Below, one piece after another: positions 58,633-64,000 of a stretch of 64,000 nt of DNA. Location: contig OZ245742.1 in assembly GCA_965227295.1 (NCBI GenBank), positions 5,760,001-5,824,000 of the forward strand, in the 5' to 3' direction. Under the pieces are notes generated by a model. That model saw only the letters and a list, made by a program, of their open reading frames with translations, searched no databases and was not told where the DNA came from. The translations under genes were made by a program, and so were the position numbers. The stretch comes from Leptonemataceae bacterium. Lineage in GTDB: Bacteria > Spirochaetota > Leptospiria > Leptospirales > Leptonemataceae. How positions within the stretch are numbered: position 1 is the first letter of the stretch; every line of letters starts with the position of its first letter.

Positions 58633-59987
58633 GCCCCGTTTAGAACGGCATGGCTTAGATCGACTCCATCCAGTTGAATGTACCACAGATTCGCGCCGGT
58701 TAGCGTGGCGGACATCAGATCCGCGCCGATCAGCGTGGCTGACATCAGATTCGCGCCGGGCAGCGTGGCGGACCTCAGATCCGCGCCGGTCAGCGTGGCG
58801 GACATCAGATTCGCGCCGGACAGCGTGGCGGACATCAGATACGCGCCGGTCAGCGTGGCTCTCCTCAGATCCGCGCCGGTCAGCGTGGCGAACCTCAGAT
58901 CCGCGCCGGTCAGCGTGGCGAACCTCAGATATGCGCCGGTCAACGTGGCTCTCCTCAGATCCGCGCCGATCAGCCTGGCGAACTCCAGATACGCGCCGGT
59001 CAGCCTGGCGAACTCCAGATACGCGCCGGTCAGCCTGGCGAACTCCAGATTTGCGCCGGTCAGCCTGGCTGATATCAGATTCGCGCCGGTCAGCGTGGCG
59101 GACCTCAGATCCGCGCCGGTCAAATCGGCCTCGCTCAGGTCCACACCTTCCAGTTTCGCAACACTGTCACTTTGCCACAGCACCGCATACTCCAACTGCG
59201 CCTCGCGCAGGTCCTGGATGCGCCATCCATCCTCCCGCACAATCCGCTCCATCGCCCGAAACGGCGCGCTCTTCGGCACCTCCGTAAGTTCCTTTCCTCG
59301 AAACTTACGCAGCATATGATAGTCCCCGTGCCGGAGCGATGTCGTCTCGCTCAGCACCGCGAGATTCACATCGTTCGCCTCTTTCCACAATCGATAGTGC
59401 CGATCATACACCGCCCGATCCTTCAAGATCACCGCAAAGAAATCCCGCGCCAATCGGGCAAATACCGGCCGGTATTCTTTCAGTTCCTCCGGAATCAAGT
59501 CCGGATCTTCCCGCAGATAATCGCGCAACTGAAACAGCGCCGTTGTTACCTGCCCCTCGCGATCACTCACCGCCCATTCCTGGAGCTTGTAAAAATTCTC
59601 GCGGATGTTTTTGTACTTATCGTTCTTCAACTCCTCAACGCGATTGCGATCCCGAATAAACCAGGCATACCACACAATCGGCGTGGCGCTGACGGCGAGC
59701 AGGAACGTCCAGAAGCCGCCAGAGATCGGCCGGTCGCCGCTGCCTTCAAGGGAATTAACAACCGCAAACACTATCCCCGCGAGGATTAAGGAAATGATCA
59801 GCAGGATGATCCAGATCCACAGGCTGTGGCGCGCATCGTACAGAAACTTCTGGAACGACTCCTTGCGAATCACAAACTTCCAGAGCAGCCAACCGGCCCC
59901 GCTGAGAACGAGGGTTCCAGACAAGGTCACGAGGAACGGCAACTCGATCAAAACCGGCAACACACTCTCAGAAAACAAACGCGGCAT
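58521..59987 (-). CDS. Membrane-anchored pentapeptide-repeat protein
   Basis: Three N-terminal TM segments; long A(D/N/Y)LxxA(T/R)LTG array. Confidence 0.9.
   Translation of the reverse strand: MPRLFSESVLPVLIELPFLVTLSGTLVLSGAGWLLWKFVIRKESFQKFLYDARHSLWIWIILLIISLILAGIVFAVVNSLEGSGDRPISGGFWTFLLAVSATPIVWYAWFIRDRNRVEELKNDKYKNIRENFYKLQEWAVSDREGQVTTALFQLRDYLREDPDLIPEELKEYRPVFARLARDFFAVILKDRAVYDRHYRLWKEANDVNLAVLSETTSLRHGDYHMLRKFRGKELTEVPKSAPFRAMERIVREDGWRIQDLREAQLEYAVLWQSDSVAKLEGVDLSEADLTGADLRSATLTGANLISARLTGANLEFARLTGAYLEFARLTGAYLEFARLIGADLRRATLTGAYLRFATLTGADLRFATLTGADLRRATLTGAYLMSATLSGANLMSATLTGADLRSATLPGANLMSATLIGADLMSATLTGANLWYIQLDGVDLSHAVLNGAGSMAGRCIGVSERSRWAPPFWFRKNRRSVLSRTGRN
58686..59135. repeat. 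15 x 30-bp coding tandem repeat
   Basis: Unit consensus CAGATCCGCGCCGGTCAGCGTGGCGGACCT with exact 30-nt period. Confidence 0.95.
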
Positions 59988-60043
59988 CGTATCATACGAT
60001 GAGCCACCCCATCACCATAAGTCAACACATTCCCGAACTACCA

Positions 60044-60165
60044 TTCTTCGCGTGAGGGATTGGAAGGGTGGCGCGCAGCGCCAGTCCGGAGCGCGAAGCG
60101 CGGAGGACCGCAGCGAAGCGGAGCCCTGGAAAGCCCGACCCCGGCCGCAGGCCGGGGGCACGCCC
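60044..60165 (-). repeat. Long hairpin-rich dispersed repeat, copy 4 (inverted)
   Basis: TTCTTCGCGTGAGGGATTGGAAGGGT...GGAGCCCTGGAAAGCCCGACCC...GGGCACGCCC. Confidence 0.9.
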
Positions 60166-60219
60166 AAAAGAAACTTGCCTTATTCTTCTCACGGCGAACG
60201 CTACGATCCAGGAATCTTC

Positions 60220-61188
60220 ATGAAAGCCATCGTCGTCGAAGAACCGGGGCCGCCGGAAAACTTGCTCTACAAAGACGTACTCGATCCCGTCGCCGAAGAC
60301 GGTTGGCTGACAATTCGCATTCGCGCCTTCGGTCTGAACCGCGCCGAGTTGTTCACGCGCCAGGGCGACTCGGGGCCGGCCGTCCAGTTCCCGCGCATCA
60401 TCGGCATCGAATGTGTGGGCGAAGTGATCGCCGATCCGTCCGGAACTTACGCGCCCGGCCGGAAAGTGGCCACGCTCATGGGCGGCCTCGGCCGTGCCTT
60501 CGACGGCAGCTACGCCGAACAAACGCGCGTGCCGCTTGCTAATGTCGTACCGATCGATACTAAGCTGAGCTGGGCCGAGTTCGGCGCCGTGCCCGAAATG
60601 TTTCAGACGGCGAACGGTTCGCTCAAGTACGCGCTGCGCGTACAGCCCGGCAAAACGCTCCTGATCCGCGGCGGCACATCGTCCGTGGGACTCGCGGCCC
60701 TGGCCCTGGCAAAGTCCCTGGGGCTCACCGTGCTCGCGACCACCCGTCAGGCGGAACGCCGGCGATTCCTGAAAGATCAGGGCGCCGACCACGTCTTAGT
60801 TGACAGCGGCAAGATTCTAAGCGCCGTACATTACCTGTATCCCGGCGGCGTCGATTACGTACTGGACCTGGTCGGCACCCGGACGTTGAACGAATCCCTG
60901 GCCATGCTCGCGGACGGTGGCATCGTTTGCATGACCGGCATCCTGGCCGGCGAGTGGGAGCTGAATCAGTGGAATCCCATGGCGCACATCGGGGCCGGTC
61001 GCTACCTGACTGCCTACTCCGGCGACGGCATTTCCCGTGAAGATCTCCAGGACATCGTCGATCGCGTGGAAAGCGGTTCGATTCGGCTGAACCTGGATCG
61101 CACGTTCGCGTTCGGCGAACTCGTCGAGGCGCATCGTTACATGGAAGACAATCGCGCGACAGGCAAGCTGGTGGTGCTGCTGGATTAG
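60220..61188 (+). CDS. MDR-family (quinone oxidoreductase-like) dehydrogenase
   Basis: MKAIV..EPG.PE.L, AFGLNRAE, GIECVGEV, DGSYAE, IRGGTSSVG, AHRYME.NRATGKLVV. Confidence 0.9.
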   Translation: MKAIVVEEPGPPENLLYKDVLDPVAEDGWLTIRIRAFGLNRAELFTRQGDSGPAVQFPRIIGIECVGEVIADPSGTYAPGRKVATLMGGLGRAFDGSYAEQTRVPLANVVPIDTKLSWAEFGAVPEMFQTANGSLKYALRVQPGKTLLIRGGTSSVGLAALALAKSLGLTVLATTRQAERRRFLKDQGADHVLVDSGKILSAVHYLYPGGVDYVLDLVGTRTLNESLAMLADGGIVCMTGILAGEWELNQWNPMAHIGAGRYLTAYSGDGISREDLQDIVDRVESGSIRLNLDRTFAFGELVEAHRYMEDNRATGKLVVLLD

Positions 61189-61245
61189 CATGATTTTTCT
61201 GCGGCCGCGGTTGACGTTGGATGTCGACCTGCGCTTCCTGTATCC

Positions 61246-62283
61246 ATGGAATATCGCAAACTCGGCACCACCGATCTCGACGTGAGTGTGATCTGCCTGG
61301 GAACCATGACCTGGGGCCAGCAAAACACCGAAGCCGAAGCCCACGAACAAATGGACTACGCCCTGGATCAGGGGGTGAACTTCTTCGACGCGGCCGAGTT
61401 GTATCCGGTGCCGCCCCTCGCGGAGACCCAGGGCCGTACCGAGGAGTACATCGGCACCTGGTTTAAGGCCCGCGGCAATCGTGACCGGGTGATTCTCGCC
61501 ACGAAAGTCACCGGCCCCGGCGAGTTCGTGAAGCACATCCGCGGCGGACCACGTCTGGACCGCCAGGGCATTCGGGACGCTGTCGAAGGCAACCTCAAGC
61601 GCCTGCAAACGGACTACATCGATCTCTATCAGGTCCACTGGCCCGAGCGCGTAACTAACTTTTTCGGAAAGTTAGGCTACACCCACGTGCCGGACAAAGA
61701 CGGCGTAAACATCGCCGAAACCATCGGTGCCCTCGACGAACTAGTCAAGGAAGGCAAGGTCCGGCACATCGGCATCTCGAACGAGACGCCCTGGGGGACC
61801 ATGCAGTATCTACGTTACGCCGCCGCCGAGGGCAAGGCGCGCATCGTCAGCATTCAGAATCCGTACAATCTGCTGAACCGTACGTTCGAGATCGGCCTGG
61901 CCGAAACGGCGATCCGCGAGAAGGTCGGTCTGCTTGCGTACTCGCCCCTGGCCTTCGGCGCACTCACCGGCAAATATCTGAACGGGCAAAAACCCGAAGG
62001 CGCGCGGCTTACACTCTGGAAACGCTTCAGCCGTTACACCAACGCCCCGGGCGTGGCCGCCACCGAAAAGTACGTGGCACTCGCAAAAGAACACGGTCTC
62101 GACCCCGCACAGATGGCCCTGGCCTACGTGAACGGCCGGCAGTTTCTTACGGCGAACATCATCGGCGCGACGTCTATGGAGCAATTGAAGACGAACATAG
62201 ATTCTATTGATGTAAAGTTAAGCGACGACGTTCTGAAAGGCATTGAGGCGATTCATGCGGAGTTTCAGAATCCGTGTCCGTAA
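61246..62283 (+). CDS. tas: NADP(H)-dependent aldo/keto reductase, Tas-like
   Basis: LGTMTWGQQNTE, DAAELYPVPP, LQTDYIDLYQVHWPER, SNETPWG, IQNPYNLLNR. Confidence 0.92.
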   Translation: MEYRKLGTTDLDVSVICLGTMTWGQQNTEAEAHEQMDYALDQGVNFFDAAELYPVPPLAETQGRTEEYIGTWFKARGNRDRVILATKVTGPGEFVKHIRGGPRLDRQGIRDAVEGNLKRLQTDYIDLYQVHWPERVTNFFGKLGYTHVPDKDGVNIAETIGALDELVKEGKVRHIGISNETPWGTMQYLRYAAAEGKARIVSIQNPYNLLNRTFEIGLAETAIREKVGLLAYSPLAFGALTGKYLNGQKPEGARLTLWKRFSRYTNAPGVAATEKYVALAKEHGLDPAQMALAYVNGRQFLTANIIGATSMEQLKTNIDSIDVKLSDDVLKGIEAIHAEFQNPCP

Positions 62284-62290
62284 GCGGGTG

Positions 62291-63994
62291 CTACTCCAAA
62301 TACTCATACGCGCTGCGATATTCGCCGTTCTTCTGCACGAATTCCAGAAAACGTTCGTAAAACGAATGATAACACAGCGTCGCCGAATCCCCTACAACCA
62401 CTAATAACCGGCGGGCCCGGGTTAAGGCGACGTTCATGCGGCGGACCTCGCCCAGAAAACCGGTCTCGCCGTCATCGTTGGAACGCACCAGAGAAATGAG
62501 GATCACGTCGCGCTCGCGGCCCTGAAAGGAATCCACGGTATCCGCCTCGATCATCAGCGCGCCGTCCGCGCGACCGAAGACGTCCTCGCCGTAACGTTCC
62601 CGCAGCACGTGGCGCAGGTGCCGCGCCTGATCGCGATAGGCGGCGATTACGCCGGTACTGAGCTGTTCCCCGGCGTTCGTTGCGGCGCCCTCAATGTTTT
62701 CCAACAACGTCAATAACAGGCGCGCCTCGCCCTCGTTTTTGTAACTGAGCGTTTCCGGATTCTGCTCTTCGACGCAGTCGGCCCCGGCCGTATCCACGAA
62801 AACCAGGGGTGCCGCGTATCCCAGTTCGTCAAGAATCGTCGCCGGCTCGCGTTGTTGCACGACGGAGGCGGTTTGCAGGCGATCCCCGTAAAATTCGCGG
62901 TTGGAAAACGCCACGATCTCCGGCTCCATGCGGTACTGCGTGTTCAAAAAAAAGATGCGCCCGCTCTCCGGATGGCGCCGGACCGTCTTTTCAAAAAGCG
63001 TCTCGCTGAGCTCCGGCGTGCCCGTCCCCGTAGAACTTTCTAACATCAGTGGAGATGACTTTACGACGGGCGGCAGTTGATGATGATCCCCGGCGAAAAC
63101 AACACGATCGGCCTTGCGCACGGCGATCCACGCCGCCGGCTCCAGCGCCTGGGATGCCTCGTCGATGACGGCGAGATCGAAGCGCAGCCCGCGCAGACGC
63201 ACGTTCGAGGCGCCGACCAGGGTCGTCAGGATCACCGTCGCGCGATCGATGATGTGCGCGACGATACCGTCTTCGATCCCGCGGATTTGCTTTTGTAGTT
63301 CACGGTACTCCTGGTACAGGGACCGCCGTTCCGCCGCCTCCGCGGCCCCGAAGTTGCGACGATACCGGCGCGCCTCGCGATGAATCTTTTCGGCTTCCCG
63401 GCGCAGGGCAATGACCGTCTTCATCTCCGGATGTTCTTCGCTCCGGCCCTCCAGGGTATGCCGCCACAGATTCTCGCTCACCCGGGCCGGATGACCGAGG
63501 CGGAGCACGTTCAGGCCCGCGGCGCTTAACTTTTCTACAAGTAAATCTACGGCGGCGTTGGTGGGCGCCGCGGCCAGGATCTTCAGCGACTGCGTGTTTT
63601 CATGCTGCCGCCCGTAGTCCGCCACGGTCGCGATCGCCGCCGTGACCGTGGTGGTCTTCCCGGTCCCCGGCGGTCCGTGAATGACGGCGAACTCGGCGGT
63701 GTTCTGCATGAGTGCGAGCACGCCGGCCACGGCCTCCCGCTGGGACTCGTTTAGATCTTCACACTTCTCCGCAAACTTCCGATGTACGTCGGTTACGGTG
63801 AGGGCCTGCGGACGGCTGTATCCCAGGAGGCGGTCGCGAATTCGTCGGCTGTTTTTGCCCGGGCCTTTGTGGTCCGGCTCCACCAGCGACCGCACGGCGA
63901 ACTCCATTTCACGATACGTGGTCTCATTGAATGTAAGGTCCAGGCCGAGACCGCCGGTCCCGCTCTCGGCCCAACCGGGCAGTTCCTCCGCCAT
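62291..63994 (-). CDS. SF1 helicase, IGHMBP2/Upf1-like (N-terminus beyond the window edge)
   Basis: GPPGTGKT, APTNAAVD, DEASQ, GDHHQLPP, QYRM, TVDSFQGRE, RRMNVALTRAR. Confidence 0.92.
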   Translation of the reverse strand: MAEELPGWAESGTGGLGLDLTFNETTYREMEFAVRSLVEPDHKGPGKNSRRIRDRLLGYSRPQALTVTDVHRKFAEKCEDLNESQREAVAGVLALMQNTAEFAVIHGPPGTGKTTTVTAAIATVADYGRQHENTQSLKILAAAPTNAAVDLLVEKLSAAGLNVLRLGHPARVSENLWRHTLEGRSEEHPEMKTVIALRREAEKIHREARRYRRNFGAAEAAERRSLYQEYRELQKQIRGIEDGIVAHIIDRATVILTTLVGASNVRLRGLRFDLAVIDEASQALEPAAWIAVRKADRVVFAGDHHQLPPVVKSSPLMLESSTGTGTPELSETLFEKTVRRHPESGRIFFLNTQYRMEPEIVAFSNREFYGDRLQTASVVQQREPATILDELGYAAPLVFVDTAGADCVEEQNPETLSYKNEGEARLLLTLLENIEGAATNAGEQLSTGVIAAYRDQARHLRHVLRERYGEDVFGRADGALMIEADTVDSFQGRERDVILISLVRSNDDGETGFLGEVRRMNVALTRARRLLVVVGDSATLCYHSFYERFLEFVQKNGEYRSAYEYLE

Positions 63995-64000
63995 GATCGT

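Noticed and set aside
58686..59135. Possible CRISPR array or DGR template/variable repeat
   Set aside because: Units are contiguous with no unique spacers and encode pentapeptides; no cas or reverse transcriptase gene; variation is not restricted to adenines

Overview
GC-rich (roughly 60-65% by eye) bacterial chromosomal segment, most likely from a Leptospirales/Leptospiraceae-type spirochete. This is inferred from DUF1554- and LruC-type lipoproteins, a cyclase-FecR cluster and small proteins resembling Leptospira hypotheticals. Core genes include recCBD, rsgA, a GH15 hydrolase, a thiolase, topA-dprA, rimI-like, murB, mazG, nadB, an S41 protease, purL, hrpB, a Tas-like aldo/keto reductase and a partial SF1 helicase. 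No rRNA, tRNA, CRISPR array, integrase or transposase was seen. The main points of interest are: (1) a dispersed non-coding repeat family built from covarying C(GNA)G mini-hairpins, in long, inverted-doublet and short forms, located at the edges of accessory genes (39.7-60.2 kb); (2) an orphan ~1540-aa DUF6519 contractile-injection-system-type tail-fibre gene with LamG and 7-blade FG-GAP modules, followed by a GTPase; (3) two perfect inverted DnaA boxes in front of recCBD; (4) a secreted alpha/beta hydrolase with a sigma54 promoter and NtrC-type boxes; (5) a matrixin protease apparently split over three exported genes; and (6) single-base lesions at a gene junction and in a pentapeptide-repeat gene. 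All family assignments come from motif recognition, not database searches.
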